Assembly (NCBI RefSeq): GCF_021028975.2
Contig: NC_059427.1
Coordinates: 84,568,001 to 84,632,000 of the forward strand
Source of the DNA: Sphaerodactylus townsendi
Lineage: Eukaryota
Direction: 5' to 3'
DNA length: 64,000 bases
Numbering within the stretch: position 1 is the first letter of the stretch; each line of letters opens with the position of its first letter. The translations under genes and the position numbers were made by a program. Of this stretch, positions 12,141-23,505 are shown in pieces. Under the pieces are notes generated by a model. That model worked only from the letters and a program-made list of their open reading frames with translations. It ran no database searches and was not told the DNA's origin.

Positions 12141-13472
12141 ATGAACCTATCACACAAAATACCAAATAAATTAAAAACCTTCACATGGCCAGTAATTCTA
12201 TGAATGAATGGATTTGAATTAAAAATTCCTGCCTTTAACAAACTACTTAATTGTACATCTATAGCACCTAATACTGAATTTTGAAAATGACACAAATGGA
12301 GGCTAGAGTTCTTGTGGCATACTTGTGGAATCATGCTAAGTGGACATGCCTTTTCATTTAGTTAGCAGCTCCTATAAGCACCCACAAGGCTTAAAATGAA
12401 TACTGGTCTGTGCTCAAGCCATGAACTAAGCAGGACTCTGAACAGGTGGCATAGAAAAACTCTTTAAAACTGCTGGAAAAGCTTTACGTGAAGTTCAATG
12501 ACGCTTGGGCTGTTCACTAGAATGTATTGTACCTGACCAACAATAGGCTGTTTAAAGAAGGAATTCCCAAAACAGCAGCTGTGGGGGAGGAGGAGGATAT
12601 TTTTCCATGGATCAAGATGGCTACTTTCTTTTTAATAGATGAAGTAAGTAGCTTTCTTGATTCATGGGAAAAACTACCCCCATCCCAAGACCTGCAGTGG
12701 AACTCATCTTCATGGGTTGGTTTTACTCAGTGCAAAAGCTTTGTTATTCTGGTACAATGAAATTGCAGTAGAGACAGTGTCAGTCTAACGCTGGTATAAT
12801 ACTCAAGCGTTCTTACTTCCAGTCTGGGAATATGTTGGGATAATTTAATGTGTTTCTGTCAAAACAATTTCAGGATTTTTCTCCAGGCTACAGCATGGGA
12901 ACTTCCAATCTTATTAACATGCAAGGTTATTTCTTATTTGTTTTAACCATTATGGTATAATAACTATTTTAAAATGTTCTGCTTAGGTATTAAAGGCTGA
13001 TGTTAGGAAGGCTTATTGTACCATTATCCAGTAGGGGGTGACACATTTCCAAAGTTCAGGTACATCAAGAGAACAGAGGAAAATTAATTTGAGTTGTAGA
13101 CCATGTTTTTATTTTTGCCTTTATTTCTTTCATGCACTTGGAAAAGTAAAAGACAAACATGAACATCTGCATTTTCAGCCCTTGTCACAGACAGGGTGTG
13201 TGTGCAGGTTGTAACCCTCTTTCATGAATTAAGGTACCCCAATGTACTGAGTTAAGCAACTATGGTAATGTAAAAAAATAAAAAACAGACTTTCCGACTT
13301 TCTCTAAAATGTGCAGTTGAATGCATGACTAATGATGACTCTGGTCAGAATGTGTCTTCGTAGCTAAGCATACCTTAAAAGCAACATAATACAAATTCAG
13401 AAAAGTTACCCTGTATGCAGTTCTTAATCCAAGTGATATTCAACTTAAGATCAAATATGGCAGAATGTTTTA

Positions 13473-13543
13473 AACAGGAACTGGGGAAACAGGGAAAAGC
13501 AGACAGGGAACAGGGAACAGGGAAAAGCAGACAGGAACTGGGG
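13473..13543. repeat. Short purine-rich imperfect tandem repeat (ACAGGGA / ACAGGGAAAAGCAG units)
   Basis: Seen directly in the sequence. It explains ORFs 13451-13666 and 13470-13664. Confidence 0.8.
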
Positions 13544-13929
13544 AGCCTGTGGTTTGGGACAACTCAGCCAAAGGGATGATTGGTAGAAGCACCATAGAAC
13601 TTGTGAGTGAACGTAGGAGGGCAAAGGTTTTGAGGGAGATGAGGGTTGTTGGAGAGGGAAGCACATAGCTTCCTATTCTGAAAGCCCCTGAGCTAAGATC
13701 AAGGAGCTGGACTGCTTGATGCTAAATGACAATTGAGATATTTTGAGTGTCTATAGGCAGGATGGGGAGTTATTGCTTCGTATATCAGAGACCACAGAGT
13801 TAAATAAGTTAGGAAATGGGGGGGGGGGCACACATAAACTCAACAGAAGTAATATGGATAGAGAGACTAGGCTCTAAGTTTAAAAGAGTTGTACAATTGC
13901 ATACCTGTGGACTGTGGACACCTATCCAG

Positions 13930-14283
13930 GCCACAGGCAGGAAGGAAGAATGGAAGAACTATCAAATTAAGGTGTATGAGGATACGTCTGGAACAAAAAA
14001 TCCCAGCTTTAAGAATATGCTAAAGGGGTCTGAGCTTGCTGAGAGGTTATCATGGTGAATAGCTTGATGAAAATATCTACCCAGTTTGCTACAGCACTGA
14101 AAAAGGCAAATTCAGTATTGGGAATTATTGGGAAAGGCCAAAGAGTCAAACTTCAGCTTAGAAAAGAGACAACTAGAGGGGAACACAGTACACGTTTATA
14201 AAATTATGCATGGGGTTTAGAGAGCAGGCAGGAATAACTGTCTTCTTCCTGAAGGGTAGTCAATAATGCTAATGAGCAGTAGA
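13930..14283 (+). mobile_element. Degraded CR1 LINE 3' fragment
   Basis: CR1-like motifs GAAAAAGGCAAATTCAGTATTGGGAATTATT and TTCAGCTTAGAAAAGAGACAACTAGAGGGGA...GTTTATAAAATTATGCATGG. Confidence 0.7.
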
Positions 14284-15177
14284 TTTGAGGGTCCATAACT
14301 TAGGACCCCCTGAACCAAACTTCACTAAATGTAGGTGCTATCATCAGGATAGCCTCCTGCTGATACCAGCCAGGTTTGGTGAAGTTTGGCTTGGGTCTTT
14401 TTCCAAAAGTATGGACCCCGAAAGGGGGTGCCCCATCCCCCATTGTTTCCAATGGGAGCTAATAGTAGATGGGGCTACACTTTGAGGGCACATAACGTTG
14501 GACCCCCTGAACCGAACTTCACCAAACCTGTGAGCTATCATCAGGAGAGTCTCCTGAAGGTAGCCTGAAATTTTGGTACTGCTAACTTAAACATTGCTCC
14601 CCTGACAGGCACCGTCAAATTTTCCCCAGATTCTCCCTTTAAACCCCACCTCCCTTTTTGAGTGGATTTAAAGGGAGAATCTGGGCTCTCTTGTCTAAAC
14701 AATATTGAAAGTGATGTTGTTTGGGGGTTGGGGTTGGGGGCAATCCTCCCTGAAAACTGCATCACTTTCAATGTTGTTTAAACTAGGGAGCCAAGAGTCT
14801 CCCTTTAAGGTAGAGTTAAAAGGAGAATCTGGGCTCTCTAGTCCAAGGGTCTGCAACCTGCAGCTCTCCAGATGTTCATGGACTACAATTCCCATCAGCC
14901 CATGCCACCATGGCCGATTGGCCATGGTAAAAGGGGCTGATGGGAATTGTAGTCCATGAACATCTGGAGAGCTGCAGGTTGCAGACCCCTGCCCTATTTT
15001 AAACAACATTAATAGTGATGCTGTTTCGGGCATGTTCTATAATGTGATGTTGACTTTGAAATGACCTGGTGCAAAGAATTGTTTTTTGGTCGTAGTGGAG
15101 GAGGGTGGACTTTGGTCGTGGAGGGGCACAAAACTCAGATTTTGCACCGGGCTCCATTTTCCCTAGCTACGCCTCTG
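14284..15177. mobile_element. Truncated non-autonomous DNA element with 197-bp palindromic units (same family as 40325-41727)
   Basis: TTTGAGGG(T/C)(C/A)CATAAC recurs at 14284 and 14481. The element ends with AAAACTCAGATTTTGCACCGGGCTCCATTTTCCCTAGCTACGCCTCTG, which is shared with 41519-41564. Confidence 0.8.
14844..14991. mobile_element. Palindromic hAT-type MITE nested in the previous element
   Basis: CAAGGGTCTGCAACCTGCAGCTCTCCAGATG...CATCTGGAGAGCTGCAGGTTGCAGACCCCTG, with ~58-bp arms. Confidence 0.85.
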
Positions 15178-16539
15178 CCAGCAAGATTCTTATGTATGGA
15201 TGCAATTGTGTTTGAATGAGCAGCATTATGAAAATAAATAGTCGTACATTGCAATCTTGATGTTTATTTACTCTAATTGTACCTCTCCTTTTTCCACAAT
15301 GGAAAGCCAAAGTGGCTTATGTTTTCTCATCTCCATTTATCTCCATAGTGACCATGTGAGATAGGTTACACTAAGTGTGTGTGACTGGCACAAGTTCACC
15401 CAGCAAGCTTCTGTGGCAGAGTGGGGATTTGAACCTGGGTCACAATATTCTGAGTCCTGCACTATGATATTATGGAGATATATTATGAAAAAGGTTTTCA
15501 GTTTAACTGCACATACAGGGTGGCAGCTACTGGCAATAAAAATATGAGTGTTTTGAATAAAAATAAGGTGTTTCAGTTGGTGTTGAACTCTATGCACAGT
15601 TTTGTCTTTGAACATTTTAGAGCACCAAGTTCTCTGACCACCTGCAGACTGTGTGGTAGGTCATTAAAACAGGAGCATAAAACAGGGGGAAATTAAATTC
15701 TCATAGAGTTCATTGCTGAGCAAGAATGTGATTACAGTAACTGCACATTCTACCAAACTCTTTTGTTTTCGAATTATCAATTTAAAAATCACAAAGGGAT
15801 GACTTTGACAACCAGAAGACATTACAAGGTGAATGCTATCATAGAGAAATGGGCCGTTGACTTAGATCTGTTCAAGAAGATTTAATTAATTAATTAATTT
15901 GTACACCTTTCTCCACAATGCGGACCCAAAATGTCTTACATAGTTCTCTTTTCCATATTATTCTCTCAATAACCCTATGAAGTAGGTAAGGCTGAGACAA
16001 TGTGACTGGCCAAAGTCATCCAGCGACCTTTCATGACACGAATAGGGAATCTGAACCTGGGTCTCCCAGATACTAGCTTAACCACAATACCATCCTGGTT
16101 CTCTAAAACTTTAGAAGCCTGTGAGGAATAGTGCTTTGTGAAAAAAATAAGCTGCATTGTTGGAGAATAGCTTTTGTCAACCTGTGGAGGAAACACCAGT
16201 AGAACTGTTTTGAAAAGCACCACAGTTTCTGAATTGGTTCCAGATATTTTGAATAGAAAGATTATGCTCCTCAGCCCTGGCCTGTTTTTGCTGTACTTCT
16301 AACAGAAGCCTGGTATAACAATGCAATCTGAAAAAGAGTCACTGCATTATAAGCCCATTTATTGCTTAGATTGCAATAACTCTACATAGGATTGCAGTGT
16401 TAGTAACCTACTTTTCAGTTCTAGCTCTGATGCTGCTGTGCCTTTAACAGCGTCCTGATACGCATACATTAAATAGACAAAGAACTTCCTAGTAGAAAGA
16501 TGAAGAGATAGGGAGTAAGCCATGTTGAAAGCAAAGCAA

Positions 16540-16795
16540 GCTTGTTTTCTGCTGTTTCAGAGTCTAGGACAAGGAGTAATGGATTCAAACTACAGGAAAA
16601 CATGAAGAACTTCCTGATGGTAAGGGCTATTCAACAGTGAAATATGCTTCCTCGCAGAATGGTGGAGTCTCCATTGGAGGTTTTTAAACAGATGCTGGGG
16701 GGTTGTTCGTCAGGAGCGCTTTGATTGTGTGTTCCTGCATGGTAGGAGTTTGGACTCTACGGCCCTTGTGCTCTCTTCCAACTCTATGATTCTAA
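16540..16795 (+). mobile_element. CR1 LINE 3' end
   Basis: AAGGAGTAATGGATTCAAACTACAGGAAA...GGTGGAGTCTCC...GGAGGTTTTTAAACAGA...TCTTCCAACTCTATGATTCTA, ending in the CR1 terminal octamer-like repeat. Confidence 0.85.
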
Positions 16796-17235
16796 GTATC
16801 AAAGAGATGTTTCATACCAGGTTCATAAATACACTAGGGTAGAAAATGTGGTACAGTATACATGATGAAATTTGTTTAGCAACAGTTTGCAGGTGTAAAT
16901 CAGCAAAATCTAGCAAATCATAGTAACCAGAACTAGAGGGCTGTTATGTAACATTTAGTGCCTAGGGCTAGGCCCTGGAAGATTGGCATTACTTGTAGTT
17001 CTTTGCATAGCCATCTGTTTACGTTTCCCTGCTTATCACTTCAATTGTGTCCTACCCCGGAGCTGTTCCATTTCCATGTTCTATTTATACTGTCAGAGTT
17101 TGAATGACAGCTGCCTTGCTCCTCAACTAGAAGCTTCCTGCTTATGGGATAAGTAAGCATCTTTTAACTAACAGCCCTTTATTTGTTTTTTTCAAGAGTA
17201 CTTTTGCCCTGACATCTATAGACAAGGGCCTCAGC

Positions 17236-17407
17236 CAGTGGTGTAGCACCAACGGGACTGGGTGGGGCTCGACTCCCTGGGCAGAGCAGTGGAGGGGGCG
17301 TGGCCGGGCTGAGGAAGGGGTGTTCGGGGGCAGGGCTGGACGGCACCGCGGCAGCGGTGCAGGGTGCGCACGCGCCTTGGGCGCAGTCCCCCCTTACTCC
17401 ACCTCTG
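17236..17407. mobile_element. GC-rich hAT (Tip100-like) MITE
   Basis: Termini CAGTGGTGTAG / TACTCCACCTCTG with a perfect 8-bp TSD GCCTCAGC (17228-17235, 17408-17415). Confidence 0.85.
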
Positions 17408-18008
17408 GCCTCAGCCTCTTGAGAATTGTTAGAATTCTATTAAATGGCTTCAGAGGTAAAAATGGCAGTCCTGGTGAATGGGGGTCGCAAACTTGTCAGG
17501 GACGCTGCAGGCTGATCCTGCATTGAACAGGGAGTTGGACTAGATGGTCTATATTTTATTTTTAAAAATGTATATGGCCTCTTCCAGCACTATGATTTTA
17601 TGATTCATATGATAGAAGTCACATGACAGAAAATGGGCAGTTCTGACATTTTTACAGTGACTAGGCTAGGTTTGTGGGCAGCAGGCCAAGAGAGGGGCAG
17701 GAACACAACTGGTCATGGGGGGTGGTATTCTGTACTAAGGAATGAGACAAGGAGCAGCCAATAAGGAATTATTTCCATCGTTTGCTTACTTCAGCTACTT
17801 TTTCCAGGCATGTGTAAAGACTGAAAGGGGAATGGGCATCTTGTCCTCTGCACAACTGTGTAGGCAAAAAGGTGACTCTGTAGGCACTCATAACCCACCG
17901 GGGGATTCTGAACCATAGATAGCAGGTCAGTCAGTGCTCATTTTTTTCAGTTATAGCTTTTATTATAATAGTACTGGAGTGGTAGGAAAAATGCATCTAT
18001 AATGTATC

Positions 18009-18322
18009 TGTGGTATAGTGATTAAGAGCAGGTGGACTCCAATCTGGAGAACCAGGTTTGATTCCCCATACATCCACATGAGCAGCAGCCTCTTGTCTAG
18101 TGAACCAGATTTGTTTTCCCACTGCCTACATTCCTGGTGACCTTGGGCTAGCTAGCCACAGTTCATTTAGAACTGTCTCAGCCCCACTTACCTCACAAGG
18201 TGTCTGCTGTAGGGAGTGGAAGGGAAAGGAGTTTGTAAGTTGCCTTGAGTCTCCTTACAGGAGAGAAAGGCAGGATATAAATTCAAACTACTACTACTAC
18301 TACTACTCCTCTTTTTTTTTGC
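18009..18322 (+). mobile_element. Squam3-like tRNA-derived SINE with (CTA)n tail
   Basis: TGTGGTATAGTGATTAAGAGC...TCTGGAGAACCAGGTTTGATTCCCC...CCTCACAAGGTGTCTGCTGT...GAGTCTCCTTACAGGAGAGAAAG. Older relatives lie near 15262-15470, 15895-16097, 18470-18640, 36477-36875, 52015-52205 and 57925-58090. Confidence 0.85.
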
Positions 18323-21259
18323 CCTGATTTCCTTTTGGAGCTTAGATTTGGCAGACCTTGGGTCAGTACATTCTTAGGATAATATACCTTCAGTTAATAT
18401 TTTGCAACCTAGTGTTTTCTCTGTGTTCAATGGGAACTTTGACTCTGTCTTGGTTGTGTCTGTAATAAATGTAGTGTAGTATGTTTACATTATGGTCTGG
18501 GATTCGGGAGAGATGGGCCCCAATCTCCATTCTGCTATGAAGTTCACAGACTGACTTTCAGCCAGTCGCACAGGCTTCTTATAAGGATAAATTGGAGGAG
18601 TGGAGGGAGATACACACCACCTTGAGCTTCTAGGGGGAAAGTGTGAAAGAAAATGTGCAAAGTAAAGAAATAATGCAAAGGCAGAAAGTGTGAGCTCCTA
18701 GTAGGTGACATTGTCAGCGCCTGTCCCCTTTGCCCAACTGATTCAATATCCATGCCTCATAATGGGAGGAAAGGAAGAAAATGGGGGAGTGGCCAGTCTG
18801 TTTTTGGTTCTCATGCTAATTGTTTTGACCTATATTTGCCCCCTTTTCAAAAAGCTGAAGTTCTTTAGTGCCTTGTATTTCAGTGAAACAGGTACAGATT
18901 TTGCTGGCACTGAATTATACTTCAGAATATTCACTTGTTGAATTTGTCTGACATGCAATTTAAAATCACAGCCAGAAATTGGTAGAAGGAATCCAAAACA
19001 GGTTAGCAAAAATAGTAAATATGGATAGGGATATCCTTCCTTTTGACCCCTCTTGTCTTCTCAGAATGCCTTCTCAAGCTACTTAAAACAGCCTAACTAC
19101 ATTAATCCTAAAAATACTGTCCAGGAAGTTAGTCATGCTGATTTCAATTTAACATCCAGGTAGGTCTGTTTAGTAGTGTTACACTAATCTTGCATCGCTA
19201 GTAAGGCATGAGAATTCTAGCACAATTTCCCACCGGTTCAGGTTTCATCAAGGCTGTCTGGAGCACACAAAGGACACTTTCATGCTTTCCTGAAGTGGCA
19301 TTGGATCAGCGTAACACACACATACTCAGGCCCTACTTTGTGATGTGTGAGTTCAATAAGTATGTGTGCAGTTAAGCTAGTTGGTAACAATAATGTCAGA
19401 GCCAGCACAGAGAATGTGCATTAATAGAAAGTTGCCAATTTTGTCGGGTGGCATGTTCAAAAGGTTTTGCTCAGATAATTGCAGCTGTCACAGCAGAAAA
19501 CTTCAGAAAAGATGGTCCTGCAGGTATGTAGGTCCATTTAGAATAGAATGGGGAATATCTAGGAAAAGTGCCAGGAGGAGGAGGAAGAGCATTCTTCAGT
19601 AATAATACTCCATGCAAACAAGTTCATAAGTGCATTAATTTCTGAGTATGATTTCTGCAATGAAAAACTGATTCTAATACTTACCTTGGCTGTCCAGGCC
19701 ATCATGAATAGTTTTAGAGTTAGTTGGCACCAGGAACGTAATCCTTAGTATGTTTTCTTGCAGCTCCCACTGAGTTCAGAGAGATATGAATCCTAACAGA
19801 TATGCTTAAGAATCCAATCATAGCGGATACTGAATATTTAAAAATACATAATTTCATAAATGTTTTTATGACTATTAGCTAAATTTCAGCGGGAGCACTT
19901 AGCCAATCCTTCAGAAGAAGCACAATTGGATAAATAATAAATCCCCAGGAAAAAAAATGGAGGTGGTTCAGTGGGCTGCAGCAACCCAAGGAAGCGGTAC
20001 AGTCCCACTCTGTACAAACCTGTGGATTCCACATGGGGGAGCAGAGCTGGAATAGGAAAGTGAATAAAGTTTCGAATACTGTTACTTTTGGGGGCATATT
20101 AGCTCACTTTTAAAGCCAGTTTTTAAAAATTCTTTAAATGGAAGCTCTCTTCTCTAAAATGGGGGGAAAAGTTTGTTTTAATAAAAATTAGACCGGAGTG
20201 CTTAGTATTTTCTGTGGTATTTATTTTTTATTTTTCCTAGCAACACTTACAGTATTAAGTTTTTCCTAAATATTTTTGTTCTAATGTATCAGTCTTTATC
20301 CTTTTGAGAGCAGGTACCCAGCTTTAACCTGTGGCAGTATGGGTCACAATGATGAACATGAATTATATCAGTGGGAGGATGATCCTGTAGAAATGTGTAC
20401 AAGATTACGAAGAGCCACACTGAGGAAATGGATATAATTGCTTTTCACAAATGAACAAAAAAGAAACCAAAAAAGAAACCATCTGAATTGAAAATACAGA
20501 ACTATTTTCTTATATATTGTCTATTTGCATGGTGGGAAGGGCTATTTCTTCACATGGACATGAAATTCACATGTCACTTGTTGCACTACCTGTGTGATGC
20601 TTAATATATTGTGTAGCCAAGGTATAATGTTACTTCAGTTTGTGGTTGTTCTGGCTAGTCTGTATCTTGTTCTTGTATTTATCCTTGCCTTGTCACAATG
20701 AACTGCTACCATGTGACAGGAAGTCACATGACATCACACTCATGTATCAGTACAGCATGACAGGAAGTGCTGGAGTTATGACCCCACTCCTGCAGAGGCG
20801 GCCTGTGCCTAACTTGCAAGTTCAGAGTGTTGCAGGACAAAGTGCATCTCTGAAACTGTCATAAAAAATGAATTCTAAACACTGAGTGACTGTGCCTCAG
20901 CATCCTGCTACTCCTGCTAGTATGTCTGCAAAGAGACCCAAGAGGCATGGTGTCTATCCTCCCTAACATTGTACACTAACAGCACATCTGTCTGAAAGGC
21001 AGGCCTACCTGAAAGCCCAGATCCAAGCTCTGAAGACTTTTATACTGGTGCTGCATCATGTAACTTTTCAAGATGTATGTATTAAGTATATCGCTACCAC
21101 AATATTGCTATATTGTGGATAGGGCTGGGATAGGAATCCAATAAACATTTGGGAAACTGCCAGTTCTGAGCCCAAGAGTCCTTTGCTTTGCAATTTTTGC
21201 TAGTTCCCTGTTGGTGTGTGTTCTTTAGACAGCCTAAAAGGATGCACTGTACAAACACA

Positions 21260-21661
21260 GCAGCTGGGGCGGCGCAGTGTACCTATGCCCACAGCTGCTG
21301 TTGCCAGGAGACGGAGTAGCAAGCTTGGAGGGAGTGGAGGAGGAGGAGGAAAGAGCGAGAAGGGAGTGGGCTGCCGAGGCTGGGGCAAGAGCGGCAGCGG
21401 GGAGCTCTGGGTAAGGAGCGTGCTGCTGCTACGTTAAGCTGCTGCTGCTGCTGCTGCTGCTTTAGGAAGGAGTGAAGAGGAAGCCGCGCTGCGGAGCTAC
21501 AGGGGGAATCCGATTGCAGCCATGCTGAATCACAGGCGCTGATTAATTCGCCCAGCTTGCTGCACCCAGATCCGGACGAACGGGGGGAAAACCAGGGGCA
21601 CAGCCTGAGGACTGAAGACGAGGGTGCATGCAGAGTTCAAGCTCCTCTCCGGCTACGCACA
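21260..21661 (+). promoter_or_regulatory. KLHL3: KLHL3 CpG-rich promoter / 5' leader
   Basis: Local CpG island about 21260-21970, GC box GGGGCGG near 21266, and (GCT)8 at 21438-21461, immediately upstream of the first coding exon. Confidence 0.75.
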
Positions 21662-21675
21662 ATGGACGACGAAAG
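21662..21675 (+). CDS. KLHL3: KLHL3 coding exon 1 (MDDES, 14 nt)
   Basis: ACAATGG Kozak; ATG GAC GAC GAA AG|GTTTGT. Phase 2 joins exon 2 in frame and parallels the mammalian start MEGES. Confidence 0.85.
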
Positions 21676-22293
21676 GTTTGTTGTGATCGAGGTGTGTGTG
21701 TGTGTTGGGGCGCTACTGGAAGAGTGCCGGCGCCTTTGTGTTTGCGTGGAGGAGATGACAGGGCATTCTGCTAGCGAGGAAGACAGCTTCGCTTGATTCG
21801 TTAGCATCCCCCTGAAGTTAGCTGTAATCTTCCCGGCGACGCGGAGTATTATCTACGTAGCTTTCCCAGTCACGGGCCCCGACGGCTGCCTCCCCCAGTC
21901 CAGCCCCTGCACACTCGACGGCTGTCATGCTCTTGTTGGGGTGTGTGTTTGCGTGTTGCCGCCCGTTCGGTGTGGCTCATTCACCAGGCAGCCCCCCTTC
22001 ATCAGTTCCATGGATTATCCCTCCACTTCCTGTCTCCGGTGGCCTCTGTTTAAAAGTCTCACCCTCCCTCTTTCCGTTTCTCTCTCTGTGGGGTTTTATA
22101 ATTGAAAATCCTTTTGTCAGCATCTGACCCGGGATTCCCTGCAGTTGTTTGTAGCTTGCAGGAACTTTATGTCAACAGGCAACCGTTTGAGCAAACACTG
22201 CTTTTTCACTGGGACAACTTCTGGAAAGCTTATTCTGAGTTACCTTACTAGAAAGGTGAACTTACTTGTGAGCACGGAGTGGTGGCCAACTGG

Positions 22294-22539
22294 TAGGGTG
22301 GCCAGTTGTCCCATGGCCACTGATGGGCGATGTGGGGGTAGGGTTACCATATCCAGGTTAGGGAACTCCGAGAGGTTTGGTGATGGATCCTGTGGAGGAC
22401 AGGGACGTCAGTGGGCTTCAATGCCACAAAGTCCATTCTCCAAAACATACATTTTCTCCAGGGGAAGTGACATCTGTAGTCTGGAGATGAGCTGTAATTC
22501 TGGGGGATCCCCAGGCATCACCTGGAGGCAGGCATCCCT
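22294..22539. mobile_element. Degraded MITE with TAGGGT(T/G)GCCA-type ends
   Basis: Begins TAGGGTGGCCA, has an internal TAGGGTTACCA, and ends CCTGGAGGCAGGCATCCCT. TSD not clear. Confidence 0.55.
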
Positions 22540-23139
22540 GGTCATATGTTACAGTATGAGAGTGAGTATGGACTTCTAACTGATCCTTCTCCATGGTGGA
22601 ATTCACTTTCTAATCCACAGACACATGCCTGTTTGGTTCCTTGGCATAGCAGTAACATAGGTGAAAGGCTAACTTGTTACAGGCTTAATGGATTTCAAAA
22701 GTGCAGGAAGTGTATGTGTGGGAGTAGTCCAAAAGGTTGCTATGGAAACACATTCGAATTTTACTAAAGTAACACAGGGTTGATTCATGCAATTTGCTTT
22801 CCTGGTGTAGGGTGCCAGAAGCTATTCTTGCACCTGGGATTTTCTCGGCCACAGCTGCTGACTGAATTATCTTGGGATTTGTGGTTGGGAATATTTCAAT
22901 GATCAGGCAGTCAGGTAGTGGCTGCACATGAGATGCCTGTGGCTTCTTGATGTTCTCATCTTTATGTCATCTCTTTGATTGTGCAGTATTATTGTTTGAC
23001 ATACTTGTTTTCTGCCTTTCTGTCAAAATGTTCCACAATGGCTCACACCGATATTCTACCGTAATGCAGGGTTGTTCGTTCTCAGCTCTCTTTCTCTATG
23101 TATCATTTTTTGTCTTTTGCAATAAGTGTGAAAGGTGAG

Positions 23140-23505
23140 CTTTCATGAGGAGGAGGCTCCATAATCTGGATGCCATTACTGGGAGTAAGAAACCTGTTTT
23201 TGAGGAGCCCATTCCAGCCTGTGGGCACACCAAGCAGGGCCTCTGACAAAGATCATAACTGTGAGAGTATGCTCTTTCAGATACTTGGGTGTGAGACCAT
23301 ATAGGGCTTCATAGGTTATAACAAGTCTGTTGAACAGTGCGCAGAAGAAAATTAGGATTAAGGAAACTCTTTTAACATTGGTGTAATAAACATATGCCTG
23401 CTGCAAGCAACTTCACTGGGGTATTTCGCACCATCTGAAACTTCTAAGCAGTTTATCAAAGTTTCCCCACGTAGAATGCAATGCAGTAGTCCATCCTGGA
23501 TGTAA
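23140..23505 (-). mobile_element. Probable degraded L2 LINE fragment
   Basis: GAGACCATATAGGGCTTCATAGGTTATAACAAG...TTGAA and GCAATGCAGTAGTCCATCCTGGATGT resemble the reverse complement of the L2 ORF2 3' region. Similar sequence lies near 24640-25070. Confidence 0.45.

Noticed and set aside
21476-21661. In-frame N-terminal extension of KLHL3 from near-cognate codons
   Set aside because: The open frame has no ATG and is expected by chance in GC-rich DNA. The ATG at 21662 matches the known start.
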